NCBI RefSeq assembly: GCF_006345805.1
Contig: NW_021832124.1
Span: forward strand, 186,001 to 250,000
Source: Octopus sinensis
Lineage: Eukaryota
Direction: 5' to 3'
DNA: 64,000 bases
Under the pieces are notes generated by a model. It saw nothing but the letters and a program-made list of their open reading frames with translations. It had not been told where the DNA came from and did no database searches. A program made the position numbers and the translations under genes. Positions 1 to 12,155 of this stretch are shown here, piece after piece. Position 1 is the first letter of the stretch; every line of letters begins with the position of its first letter.

Positions 1-790
1 ATCTCGGACTTTGTTTTCTACCATTTGCTTTGCAATAAGCTTTTCGTGGAATCTTAGATTTATAAAAGAAATATACTTTTTTACAAATACAGTAATATTT
101 GAAATATCGCTTAAAAATTTGTTTCGTAGACTTGAAAGCAGTTGTCCTCTCTCAATACAATTCACGGTGATCTAAAACGTGCAAAATTGTCAATTAACCT
201 GTCTGATCAACTCGTACATCACTTTGTTGTACATTTCCTGTTCATTTCGCGTGATTTCGATCAGTTCGTGAAGCTAAAAGTTCAATCTCGTTGCTTTTCT
301 TACTACTGACTGAAAATTTGTCGGACAAGACACTTCAGTCAGTTCATATATTTTCTCTAATTTTTTAACTTGTTGTCTTCCTGGAGGACGACTATTTGTA
401 AATTTAGCTCAATAGCTTATACAGAGAAGGGACTACCGTGTGATGGGACGCGTGAGAGATGGGAATTACTGTGTATGGTCTACAACACACAAATTAGATC
501 TTTACTCTTTATGTAGTTCAATTTTTTCTGATTTTTTGTTGATAAAAAATATCATGTCGTCCGGGCTGAGTTCAAATTCCTAAAAGAAAATATAATCACA
601 AACTTGTGAAGAATTTATTTTGCTTGAAATGTACGATGCAGGACATACAAAAGAAATATCATCTCTTTGCATTTTTAGTAAAAACTTTACTTTCCTGATC
701 CACAGAAGCAAATCGAATTCTCCAACAAATGAAGAAACCTTTCAATTGTTGGAAAGTACCAGGCTTGATCCCTTACGCTCATTTTAGTCT
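1..790 (-). CDS. AXDND1: Axonemal dynein light chain domain protein (AXDND1-like), 5' portion; runs off left end of window
   Basis: Manual minus-strand translation across ~27-33 nt GT-AG introns gives VVPSLRPPGRQQVKKLEK...LHELIEITRNEQEMYNKVMYELIRQ|ITVNCIERGQLLSSLRNKF, matching the p28/Ax_dynein_light ELIRQVxxxCxERGxLL motif. Start position is approximate. Confidence 0.65.
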
Positions 791-1586
791 AACAAAAATA
801 TGTAAATATCTAATCCTTAGGAACTATAAAATACAGTCATTTTTTAATTTTTGAATAATTATTGTTTTTTGATAGTTTTTAAATTAATAATTTTTTTTCA
901 AAATTCGACATAATTTTTTATTAATAAAGCATTTTCGGAAAATATTTATAATCGGTATATTGTAGTGAATTAGTTAATTTAAACAATCTACTTTTTTCTT
1001 GTTCTTTCATGTGTATCTTATCACAGTTAAAGATATCCTTGGTAGAATATGCTTTCATATTATTATTATAAGTTTTAAAAAACTTTTCTAACATTGATGT
1101 GTGGCATGATTTTTTTCACCAGAAATTAAAAAAAGTTGATGCTGTATCTCTAAACGATCAGGCCACTCATTGTAAGCTTTAAATTCGAATAAATTAAAAA
1201 TTTGAGTTAGTTTTTAGCGGAAATTGTAATAATAGTCATTAAAGTAATGTCAACTCAAAAAATAATCTTAAATTAATTTTTTCATTTTGTTAGATCTTGA
1301 ATCTCATATTTAATCTGCTTAATTGCTTTCAACAATTGATACAAGTTTAATCGAATAAACAAGTCAAGATTTCAAAATAAGACAAAATCGTTCTTAGTAG
1401 AAGACTTTAGGATAATAACCAATGATTGCTCGATATGACTAGGAAACTATCATGTCACATCAAAAAATAGTTCTAACGGGGAATCACATGAATTTGACAA
1501 AATTAAATATTTTTTGTTAATTAAGTAAATTATTTTGTGTTTCTAATTTTTAAATACTTTTGTCCAGTGTGCTCGTATTTGGCAAT

Positions 1587-1846
1587 ATGAAAATTGACGA
1601 AAAATCAGATGCAATTGCCCCTTCGAATGTCACAGCTTACGACCTGATCAAGATCACTGGCTGCGATAAATTTTATGATGCCGTACAAGTAAGAACCACT
1701 TTGTTGTAAATCCAGGATTGTTATTTCGAGAATGACAAAGACTGGAGACCATGTCAGTCAAAGTTAAAAGAATTTCAAAACTGCATGATTGTATATCTCT
1801 ATTATATTTCCAGAACTATCAAATGAATAAAGATAAAAATAAATAG
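1587..1846 (+). CDS. COA4: Cytochrome c oxidase assembly factor 4-like twin CX9C protein (2 introns, 27 and 23 nt)
   Basis: Spliced translation MKIDEKSDAIAPSNVTAYDLIKITGCDKFYDAVQ|DCYFENDKDWRPCQSKLKEFQNCMI|NYQMNKDKNK*, with the twin CX9C spacing and DWRxCQ motif of COA4/CHCHD8. Confidence 0.8.
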
Positions 1847-1952
1847 TCTAAATTTTAACTTCTTTTGATATTAATTGGAATTCAAATTAACGGCCACTTT
1901 CTCTTTTTTAAACATTTTTGTAAATTAAGTTAACTTACTTTACTTGTCAAAA

Positions 1953-2763
1953 TTACAAAATTTGTAAAAAATATTGCAAAAATTTATTTATAAACGCATT
2001 AGCAGCAGAGTCAATAACAGCCACTGTCTCATTTATATATTTCCTTTGTCGAGACAGACGACAGTCTTCCAAGCTAAGCCAGTCAAGAATAGTCTTGCTC
2101 TTGTTGACATCCAATAATATCCTCAGAACGGACGTTTCCTCTTCTATTCTTTTCTCACTCAAATCACGAGACAGTCGCAAATACCGCTGTTCATAAACAT
2201 CCTCAAAAAACGGATCTTCTCCCAAACATGTCTTCTCTTCTACCAACATATCCACATAATTCAAATAGTTTTTGCAGGCCGGAATAGAAAATTCTAAACA
2301 TTTCTGGGATTTGGGCAGAGGTTGACTTTCTTCCTTGTTTTTAAGACGGGAAAGTTCATTTGTTGCCTCAGTGAGGTCGTCAATTGACTTTTTAAGACGA
2401 TTGATGGAGGATTGGATATCCATTTTTATGTCAAAGTATAAATTATCCTCCAAAGGACAAGTCTTTTTGCTGGAATCCAAGTTTTCTTCGATCAACAGTC
2501 CCAGACTGCGTTTGAATCCTTGGTCAGTGTTGATAGATCTTTTATAAATGAAATAAAAAGTACAATTCGTCCCATTCGTTAGGCTTTTCCCACTGTGAAC
2601 AGACAGTTACGTAATTATAGTAGTAAAGTTCACCACGAGAACTTTTATGGAGAGACCAGTTGCCTGCCACGTCGAGAGCGGATTTGCGGGCCTCAGTTTT
2701 TCGGAGTAATTCTGTTGATTTTCCGTGTTTGGGATTTGGTTTTAGGGGGATAGGTTTATTCAT
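1953..2763 (-). CDS. WAC: WW-domain plus C-terminal coiled-coil protein, WAC-like (shortened)
   Basis: ORF 2542-2763 has a WW domain ([29 protein letters not shown]). A 25-nt intron (gtac...aaag) joins it in frame to ORF 1953-2495, which has a coiled-coil tail resembling the WAC C-terminus. Confidence 0.6.
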
Positions 2764-3161
2764 TAGTCCTGTATAAATAGTCTATTGGGGGATTGGTCAA
2801 ATTTATGTTTAATTATAATGTTAATAAACAAAATCAAAAAGACAAATAATTACCACTTCATGTCGATTATTGATTAAATTTATTTTAAAAATTTTAATAA
2901 TATTAAATTATCGATTAATTAAGAAAGTTAAATTAAATATACCGTTGATGATTTTAAATATATTTTACTAATTTTGTATGGAAGAGAGACACTATGGAAA
3001 TAACCCCATATATGGAAATTATTAACTGTTTTCTCTAAAAAGGAATCAAGATTTCATTTTCGAGTTTTTGTGCAAAAAACTTTCATTATTCAAAAAAAAT
3101 ACATAAAATTTATTAAAATAAATAATTAATAAATTATCATTTACAAAACGTGTTAAACCAA

Positions 3162-4280
3162 ATGGTTCTTGTGTGTCCACTACTTAATAGTCCTGTCCAC
3201 TCATCAACGTGTACAACTTGAAGGGAGAACGATCCGAATCAACAGTAGCCTTACCCGCAGTATTCCAAACACAAATCAGGCCTGATATTATTTCCAAAGT
3301 GGCCGATGAAATGAGAAAGAACACCCGCCAGCCATATGCAGTCTCCAAGACAGCCGGAGTGAAGGTCACCGCCCATTCCTGGGGAACAGGCCGAGCCATG
3401 TCCAGGATTCCTCGGGTGGTCGGGTCGGGGTCCGGTCGAGCCAGTCAAGGAGCATATGGAAATATGTGTAGAGGTGGCCACATGTTTGGAGGGACCAAAA
3501 TATTTCGTCGATGGTACAGAAAAATCAATCTCCGACAAAAAAGATTTGCCATTTGTTCTGCCATTGCCGCCTCAGGAGTGTCCTCGTTGGTTATGGCCAA
3601 AGGTTTGTCCAAAACACGTTTTTAGGTCACCGAGTGGAGCAAGTCCCCGAATTTCCGTTGGTTTTGGGAAACGACGTGGAAAGTTTAACAAAAACGAAGG
3701 ACGCGGTCTTTGCCATGAGAAATGTGAAGGCATATGTGGACGTGGAGAAAGTAGTCGACACCAAAAGATTGAGACCTGGGCGAGGCAAAATGAGAATCGA
3801 CGACATGTGCTTAAAAAGGGTCCATTGGTTATCTACAAGGAAGATAACGGAATTACACGAGCTTTCAGGAATATTCCCGGTTTTTCTGTTTTTTTTGATT
3901 TTGTAGGAGTGGATTTATTGCCGGTGTCTCAGCTTAATTTGAGAGTATTTGCTCCTGGTGGTCATGTGGGGAGATTTGTGATATGGACTGAGGGGGCGAT
4001 TAGTAGTTTGGATGCTTTATATGGGACGTGGTCTACGCCTTCTCTGTGCAAGGTCGATTGGAACCTTCCCCACCCGATGATGACGGTGACGGATATTCGA
4101 CGAATTTTGAGGAGTGAGGAGATTCAGAGTGAAATATGTGACCCACTTAAGATGAAGAAGAGGGCCACTAGTAAGAGGGCGAGGAAGGTGAATCCTCTCA
4201 AGAACAAGGCTCAGATGGAGAGACTCAATCCTCGTCTCATTCAGGTTCACAGAACTAAGGAAATTGCTATGGATGTTTAA
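3162..4280 (+). CDS. RPL4: 60S ribosomal protein L4 (uL4); introns of 20, 23 and 27 nt; one apparent 1-nt deletion at ~3795
   Basis: MVL|SCPLINVYN..., [53 protein letters not shown]. Introns at 3171-3190, 3603-3625 and 3880-3906. Confidence 0.97.
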
Positions 4281-4760
4281 TTTCTTTTAATAATTCTTGG
4301 ATTTTGTTACTTTTTATTGAACTACTATTCTTTTCAGATGTATATTTTTTAGTTGAATTTGCCGAAGAACAAAACTCGGAATATTCGTACTGAATTTAAC
4401 GTCAAATCTGTGGAAACAGGCGATAATTTTATAACATCCTATACATACGCCGTATCGTAGTATGAAAATTAGTTTGCTGTTGGAAAGGGTTGCCTATCCC
4501 TTACATACGGTAAAAGACGTTATTGTCGTTATTTTGATACAAGTCTTTTCAAAAAAAATAGGTGGGGTCAAAAGAGATATACACTCAGTCTGTTATTATA
4601 ACTTTCCGAGTTATGCATCTTGATTTTTTGTCCTTGGTAAATTCAATAACTTACAGACGACTGGTTTCACATGCGCTTTGATTTGGGAGGTTGAATAATT
4701 TGATTATTATTATTATTTAAGCCAAAACAAAATCACCGTCTTAACCATTAACTAGCACGT

Positions 4761-5102
4761 TCAGGTGATTCCGACACTTCTCAACAGTCGAGCGATCTTT
4801 TCACGATGTTCCGACCGTGACCCCACACACTTTCTATATGTACGGTGAATGGTTTGTGGTCCATTTCCACGATCTCCCCCATTTGCCTCTATGAGAGACT
4901 CCAGTGTTCTATGGACAATTTCCCTATCGGTGTGGTCCTTCAGTAGGTTGATAGATCTTTCTTGAATTTTTTCGATTTTTAGGCGGTTCGTTGCTGCCAG
5001 GTTACAGCCCCAAGCAGCACATGCATAGCCTATTGTTAGCTCAATATACTGCTTGTAAAGGGTCTTGTAAAGAATTGCTTTTTTTAGAACCAAAAGTGCC
5101 AA
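4761..5102 (-). mobile_element. Decayed non-LTR retrotransposon fragment (region C-terminal to RT)
   Basis: LYKTLYKQYIELTIGYACAAWG...KIEKIQERSINLL resembles the LYKxxIRPxLEYAxxxW...LExxQxxAxR thumb region of LINE ORF2. Confidence 0.6.
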
Positions 5103-5187
5103 TTCTCGGATTGCTTGAGAATGAAAATAAAAATATTTTTTTAATTCAACGTATTTTAATATTAAAAATTATTTGAATGCATAAAAA

Positions 5188-5925
5188 ATGTCTGTTTTAC
5201 GTTATCTCAGGTCACTAAATATTTATAAAATTAGTCAAATTGAAGCTAAAGAAATCGACGCCAAACTCTTTGCTTATTTTTCCGTGGACCAACTTATGGA
5301 ATTGGCAGGTCTGGGCTGTGCCATTGCCATCAACCGGAAATACCCGACCAATCAATTTAAAAACATTTTAGTTTGTTCCGGGCCAGGAAATAACGGGGGA
5401 GACGGGCTGGTTTGTGCACGTCATCTTCGCCTATTTGTTGTATATAATACTATATTGTAGGGATATAATACTTTTCTGTACTACCCTAACAGACCTCAGA
5501 AAGTTCCTTTTCTGAGTCTTTATAATCAACTGCGTTGGACAGGTGTCACCGAAATCCAAGATTTTCCTGCTTTTGGAGAACTGAAAGACTTGGGAATTGA
5601 ATTGGTGGTCGACAGTGTTTTCGGATTTGGATTTCACGGAAAACTTTTGCCGCCTTTTGATTATGTTCATTCAGTTTTGTCAACATCCGGAATACCAGTA
5701 GTGAGTGTGGACATTCCTCTCGGGTGGACAGTCGACGGGAATAACAACACTCAGTCGCTCCAACCGGACATGCTTATTTCACTCACTGCTCCTAAGCTTT
5801 GTGCCCGCAGTTTTCGCGGGAGGTTCCACATTTTGGCGGGAAGGTTCGTCCCTCCGTGTTTGGCGGAGGAGTATTCCCTCTCTCTCCCAGAATATAAAGA
5901 TGCTGATCAAATCGTCGAATTGTGA
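5188..5925 (+). CDS. NAXE: NAD(P)H-hydrate epimerase (YjeF_N domain); two 24-nt introns
   Basis: [70 protein letters not shown]. Introns at 5211-5234 and 5437-5460. Confidence 0.95.
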
Positions 5926-6719
5926 TTTTCCTTTATAATTATTAAATGATTTTATTTGTCATGTACTAAGAATATTGCGTAGTCGTCTTTGTTCGGGTTC
6001 AGTTCATCACAAATTCAAAAAGTAAGTAAAGAGTGTATTTCCAAATAAATGAAGAACAAAGACGAAATTTTTACATTTCGGTCAAAGAAATTGTTGTGAA
6101 TATTTTCCACATCATATACTTGTTTGACATAGCAATGTCTTTCGAGCAAAACCAACTGGAACACCTAAAACACGACCAGCCGACTTGTCTGTCACGGAAA
6201 AATGTGGAAAATATTATTAAAAAAATTTATTTTTTTAATCATGAATTGAGAAAAGAAGCAGCAAATGGTGTGTACAAATTGCAAAACTCTTGCTTTAACC
6301 TTTTTTAGTCTTTTTAAAAAATTCTTTTGGGTTTAATCTAATTGATTTTATATTATTTATATCTCTAAATTCCTGTCGATTAAAATTTAATTTTTATCTT
6401 TAACACAAAATAGCTGCAAAATAAATCTTCAGAAATACTAAACAGTTTGTATAAACAATCCTTAAAAAATCTAGTAAATTTCTGATCCAAGTTCCCCTTC
6501 GTTAGATTTTTATGTGCAACCTTCCCAGCTGGACGAAGAGATAAATTTTCTTACTGGCATCTTAGCTCTATAGTAATCTTATATAATTATGTTTTTTAGA
6601 GTCTTGATATATCTTTATAAAAGCATTTAGATTATTCATATAGTCGCAGCAATACTTTGTAATTAATGTATTCATACTAATTCTGACTGCAATTTGGATG
6701 GAAATTTGTTATTCTAATA

Positions 6720-7869
6720 TTAAAGAGTGTTTGTTATTGAATTTTCATAAGAAAAATTTGCAACATTTGCTTCAGGATATTGATTTTTGGAAAAATTCAA
6801 AAGAAGAAACAGTTTTTTTTTAAATCGTCGGTTGAGTACATAGTAAGGAATGGCGTTAATTACACTGTTCAGAATGAGAAGCAGATCGCTTATTTGTATT
6901 GCAAATGCAATGGGACGTGATCGTAGGAGAGATTTTGAATTGAGAAAGTAAACTATAGTCCTCACAATTGATGGAAATTGACAAAATACAAAAATAATGA
7001 CAATTGTAGTCAACGTTGCCGCAGTATTCACTTGAGTTGGTTCCTAGTACATGATGAGTCAAATAATCACTTTTTGGGATGTTAAAGCACGCCTTTGTTT
7101 CCACTTTACAACAGCCCGCCATATTTTGTAATTTAATAAAACAAGGACAAAGAAAGGGATGATTGCCACAAATGTAAAGTAAAGACCGAAATTATATACG
7201 TGGCGGTAAAAAGAGCTTTTTCCAAAATCACTCAACTTGTTTCTATAGCATGCTTTGTTATGAATAGGAATGATGTGAAATTGAAAAAATTGTGGCATTG
7301 CCATCACAAAGGATATTACAAAAATAATCATAATCTTAAATTTTGCATTTTTTTTCTGACAAAAAATTTCAGCTTTATATGGGTGGCAAATCATGATGTA
7401 CCCGTCGACAGTAAATGCAATCGTAATCCAGACAGAAGCAAACTTGTGTATATGTAATAACCCAATACCCGAAACATCGATGAAAATGCATGAGAAACCC
7501 AGAAGGTGGCTAGTCGATAAATATTCTTTGACATTTTAAAATTAGAACCACCAAATAAAGTACATCCATGAATAACTGCTGACCACAACACGTGAAATAA
7601 ATCAGACACAGAGAGAGCTAGCATATATGTGTAGTTACTTGAAGAATATTTCATTTTCATCAACGTTGTCGATGTAATAACGTTCAAAAACTATTAAAAC
7701 TTACGTAAAATATTACCATTCCACAAAAAGCAACAACTAAACAAGCGAGACTAGAGTAGAACACTTCTGGCGATAACGGATCTTTGGATGGCTGACAAAA
7801 TTCGTTGCCATTTTTTAATCGAACAGAAGCAATTATTATAATCATTGATACTAAACTGCTATGCCTCAT
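6720..7869 (-). CDS. Rhodopsin-class (class A) neuropeptide-type GPCR, FMRFamide/sex-peptide receptor-like; 3 short introns
   Basis: Seven hydrophobic segments across ORFs 7684-7869, 7391-7687, 7059-7394 and 6720-7031. Motifs YTYMLALSVSDL (TM2), ASVWITIAFTVDGYIMICHP (TM3), FCQFP (TM6), NSVINAIPYYVLNRRFKK (TM7/H8). Confidence 0.85.
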
Positions 7870-8389
7870 TCCTTACATATCATTAAATTTGTTATATAAA
7901 CTCAAAGGCCATCGATATACTATATTTGTTATTAATTGATACTATCTTATTAATTAATTCTATTTTAATTACAGATTCCGTCACTACAGAAAGCGAAAAT
8001 GAATCGAAAACAGTTGCTTTCAATAATCTACTTTCTAAATTGCAGTAAGAAAGTAATTAAACAGTTATGTCACAAAACCAATCTCACAAAATATATTGAT
8101 TATCACATCAAACATTTTTCAACTGATTGAATATAGTATTGCACAATTTAGAGTCCGCTGGGAACGGCCCGAGTTATTTTGAGTTTAGAATGAGTATTGA
8201 AACATATAAATATATTAAATATATGATTAACTAGTTTTTTAATATTATACAACTGTGGGAACAAATCAGTCAGAAAAAATGTTTTTGTTTAAAAGCAATC
8301 TAACAAAATTTAATTAATTAACAACTACCAGTTACGAGAACTTTTATATTTGTGTAAAACCAGGTTTTTTTCCCGTGGCGCATATTACT

Positions 8390-8810
8390 TAGAAATTTTA
8401 AGCAGGCTCGGAGGTCATCTTCAATTGACAACAACCTGTTTGTGTCAACAAAACAAGAAAAAGCTTGTTCACACTGATATCATGTTGAGAACTGAAGCAA
8501 TATTTTTATTGCCCTACTGAAGGATAAAAATCCTTTATGGAAATCCGGAACATATCTGTTGACAATTCAGCAAATATTATTTTTAATGTGGGGTTATAAC
8601 GATGTTGGCAAAGCTTTTCATCTTCTGTTAAAGTAAATTGATAGTACATGATTCGGAGAATGGATTGATATCATTTATTTCAATATTAAAAAAAGGAAAA
8701 TAATGATTAATGCTCTTTTCCAATTCTTCTAGATGAAATATAATACAATCACTGATCTTATCAACTAAAATATTCTTATCTTTGTATTTAATATTTTGAT
8801 TAAACCTCAA
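8390..8810 (-). mobile_element. Decayed hAT (Buster/ZBED5-like) transposase C-terminal fragment
   Basis: HLEELEKSINHYFP...INPF and FST*YQCEQAFS...SIEDDLRACL match the hAT dimerisation-region pattern (PFxTTYLCExAFS...EDDLRxxL). Contains stops and frameshifts. Confidence 0.6.
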
Positions 8811-9052
8811 AGGGAATCCCTAATAAAAACATCAACTTAAATATTCTGTATAAGATTTAACAATTTAAACAAACCGCACATAAACGTATCATCAGAGAGG
8901 CTAAACTATGGGAATAACTTTGCCCCGAACAGATGTGTTATTCTCATATCTCCAGGATAGAAGTTTTTTAATATATGAACACTAAGGTGTGCATTAGGAC
9001 TTAATTAGTTAATTAGATTTTGGTGAAAAAATTGCTTATTAGATTTCTATTT

Positions 9053-10325
9053 ATTATAACTGTGGGAACAAACCAGTCTGAAAAAATGTTTTTGTTTTAA
9101 AGCAATTTAACGAAGTTTAATTAATTAACAACTACAACTTTTATATTTGTGTATTAACAAATTTAAAAAATCAAAATCAATAAAAAATTCGATAATCAAT
9201 AAATTCGGGTCAGATCTAAGTAAAAAAATCGATGATTAGGAACTCGATAAACAATCGATAATTACTTTCTCGACCTAATATTTACTTTTGTGTATAAATG
9301 TAACAATTAATATGTAGAAATTTTATTTAAAAAATAAAGAATTTTAATAAAAGAAGTTATAATTTGAAAGATCATCATAATATTGCGGAAAGAAGCGTTC
9401 CTCATAACTCCACTCCCCAAAGTGGTTTTGATTTTCAGTCAGTGGGGGCTCATATGCATTCGAGTAAGTATATTCTTCAGTAGATTGATAAGGGACATCA
9501 TGATGAAAAGTGTAGGTATTTTTTTGTCCTTTTTCTCCTCATAAGATCCTGGGGTTGTTGTAATACAACCTTAAGACGCGGTTGAACTTGTCAACCGTCA
9601 TCTTAGGGTTGTTTTTCAACTCCCCCCACATTCTTGCAAGTTCTGGTGGATTGGTGATGCGAAACGAATTCGACATCCCAATCCACGTGAGATACGGACA
9701 CTTCTTGTTTAGGTTTTCAATAAGAAATTGATATAAATACGTCTTCATTTCCAATTAGTAATTGTCATCTGCAGAACGCACAGCACGTATTTATATTGTT
9801 CGTGGAGACGTAAATTACGGCAATTTTTGCGAATTTGCGTCTTTTTTATTAAAACGGCGTCAATTCCGGTTTGTTTTGAAGGTAAATTCGTAATAATTAA
9901 ATATAAATGAATTGCACCTGCTTCTTATCAACCCAAACTTAATCAACTCTTTTTGGACACCTAAACTAAATGTTATAAGATTTGAACTTGTTTGCCTCTT
10001 CGATTTGAATAAATATGAAGAAGGCACATGACTCTACTATGTCCACTTCGTTGAGTGCCTGGTGCTTATATTTCAGACATAGTGCAACTAAGATTCTTTG
10101 CCCCTCAACCAAAAAATTACAAAACACAGAAATTTAAAAACGAAGACGAAATGTATTCCCTACAAGTTCTCGCCCTCCACAGAGGTACTGGACTAGGATG
10201 GTCCAGAAGCCTTGATTATGTTCCTACGGAAGTGTCTTAATAGTAATAAAAAGTAGGATTAAGTAATTTATGAGAATTGAAACATATATTAAATATATAT
10301 GATTTACCAGTTTTCAAATATTATA
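9053..10325 (-). repeat. Copy A of a dispersed ~1.27-kb ETS-carrying repeat
   Basis: Segments align by eye to 8190-8356, 28729-29055, 41352-42300 and 44270-44733. Confidence 0.85.
9539..9748 (-). CDS. Intronless ETS-domain-only ORF (copy A); premature TGA removes the last ~12 residues relative to copy B
   Basis: MKTYLYQFLIENLNKKCPYLTWIGMSNSFRITNPPELARMWGELKNNPKMTVDKFNRVLRLYYNNPRIL aligns to the ETS consensus LWQFLxxLL...W...F....P.EVARxWGxxKNxPxMxYDKLSRALRYYY. TATAAATA lies ~40 bp upstream. Confidence 0.85.
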   Translation of the reverse strand: MKTYLYQFLIENLNKKCPYLTWIGMSNSFRITNPPELARMWGELKNNPKMTVDKFNRVLRLYYNNPRIL

Positions 10326-10336
10326 GAATAAACTAT

Positions 10337-10549
10337 ATGAATAAGAAGAAAGTGGTGTCTTTGGCATATATGTTTATCGGGTGGAATCTGCTGGGATTGG
10401 CACTTTATAAAAATGTCCAAATCAGTCCAACCTTCTTTGGTTGTCTCACTTTTAATGTTCCCAGACCTCCCACTTAACGAACGGATTCTCCGTACACTTG
10501 GTTTTATCCAAGTCCACGAAAAAACATGAATCTAGTTATACAAATAATT
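10337..10549 (+). CDS. Possible small single-pass membrane protein (1 intron)
   Basis: MNKKKVVSLAYMFIGWNLLGLALYKNVQISPTFF followed by a 25-nt GT-AG intron and DLPLNERILRTLGFIQVHEKT*. No family recognised. Confidence 0.35.
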
Positions 10550-10602
10550 TATTTTATTATTTTGTAAAACTAATTAAATAATAATAAATTGTTTGTGTTT
10601 CA

Positions 10603-11148
10603 ATGCCAAGTTGTGCATCCGACGATAAGCCCAAAAACGCCACAGAATGGCAGCGAAGGAAACTCGAAAAATTGATGGAAGAGCCAGTTAAACCCCCCAA
10701 ATTATCCACAGGACAAACCAGTCGTAATCCCCAACATGGCCGACCCAGTAAAGCCAACTGACCCCCCTCAGTTCGTCCATCACGTGTGGGGTACCCATAT
10801 ATAAGCACCTTCAAGGGTCAAGCGCTGGAGTGGGAAGTGGGGACTTTCACGTCTACCGGGGAATTCGTCGTCGGGAGTACGCCCGTCAGAAAATATTGGA
10901 ATATAACGCTTTCCAGGCAGGCCTAGTGAGTAACCCGCAGGACAAGGTGGCCAGGGAGTTCTACCAGCGAATGGAGGCAGAGACAATGATGTTGCAGGCA
11001 AAGACTGACAAGAAACACAAAAAGAGGTATTCGGGTGATTTAGTGGAGGGTTAAACGTAAAAATAAATTGAGGGAGTTGAAGGAAAAGGGTCTCTTTGTT
11101 AAGAAAAAGAAGAATGTCCAGTCACCAGAGGAATCATCTTCTGAATGA
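10603..11148 (+). CDS. PRKRIP1: PRKR-interacting protein 1 homolog (3 introns, 25/25/22 nt)
   Basis: Spliced: ...KLMEEP|DKPVVIP...DPPQFVHHVWG|SSAGVGSGDFHVYRGIRRREYARQK..., the PRKRIP1 signature. Confidence 0.92.
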
Positions 11149-11199
11149 TTATTTTTGATTAAATTTATAATGGATGTAAAATTCTTTAATTTATTTTTT

Positions 11200-11201
<2 letters not shown>

Positions 11202-11292
<91 letters not shown>
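11202..11292. repeat. Poly(T) tract, 91 nt
   Basis: Uninterrupted T run directly visible. Confidence 0.95.
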
Positions 11293-11296
<4 letters not shown>

Positions 11297-11312
11297 AATA
11301 TTAATACGTGTA

Positions 11313-12155
11313 ATGTTAATCTTCTTGTTTGTGGTGTCCTTTCAGTTCACCCACCCACATAAATGCACAATTTGCAGAAATGTGGTGGACAGATTTGAAC
11401 TGGTTGGCCATATTTATATCACCACAGAAAATGGCCGACACAGCAGGACTGAACTACGAAGGCGGAGACCCGACATGGCAGCAAAAGAATTTGGCCGCCT
11501 ACAAAGACAGTGAAATGCGACTTTATACAATTCTGGAAAATATATGCCACAATAAGCCCAATTCGAACACCCTCCAAGCTGACCAATGCAATTCCTTCCT
11601 CGGAGATGTGGAAGATGACTTGGTGGAGTGGTGGTCTACTGGAAGAGGAAAAAAGGGACTGTTTCAGACACTCTGTGTGGATATGTACAGTCTCTGCTGC
11701 CCCTTTGGTCACTATGGTCCTCACTGTCATCCCTGTCCTGCCGATTTGGGACCCCACTGTTCCTGCAATGTAGAGACTGGTCTCATTACTAGGGGAATGG
11801 GACGCGGAGTGGGACAGGAGTGTGTGACTGTTGGGAGGGCTATGTGGGCCAGGACTGTGAGGAATGCTCGATTGGCTACTTCCGGGAGGGCCAAACTTGC
11901 CAAAGTTAGTTTATGGGATATTTGGTAGAGTGTTCTCCTCCTTGCGACCAGTGCAGTGGGGGTGAGTATTGTGACTTGTGTGGTGAAGGATATGTGTTGA
12001 ATGAGGAAAGGAAGTGTGTGGATATTGATGAGTGTAATGAGAGGCCGTGTGGGAGGCAGGGAATATGTATTAATATTCCTGGGAGTTATCATTGCTCGTG
12101 TGGGGATGGTCTTCCTCCCACTGAGGGGCCGTGCTATCCTGATTCTGACTTGTGA
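11313..12155 (+). CDS. CRELD: Cysteine-rich with EGF-like domains protein (CRELD family)
   Basis: Signal peptide, CxxC (CTICRNVVDRFE), NYEGGDPTWQQKNLAAYKDSEMRLYTILENIC, CCPFGHYGPHCHPCP, and a Ca-binding EGF repeat (CVDIDECNERPC). Confidence 0.9.
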
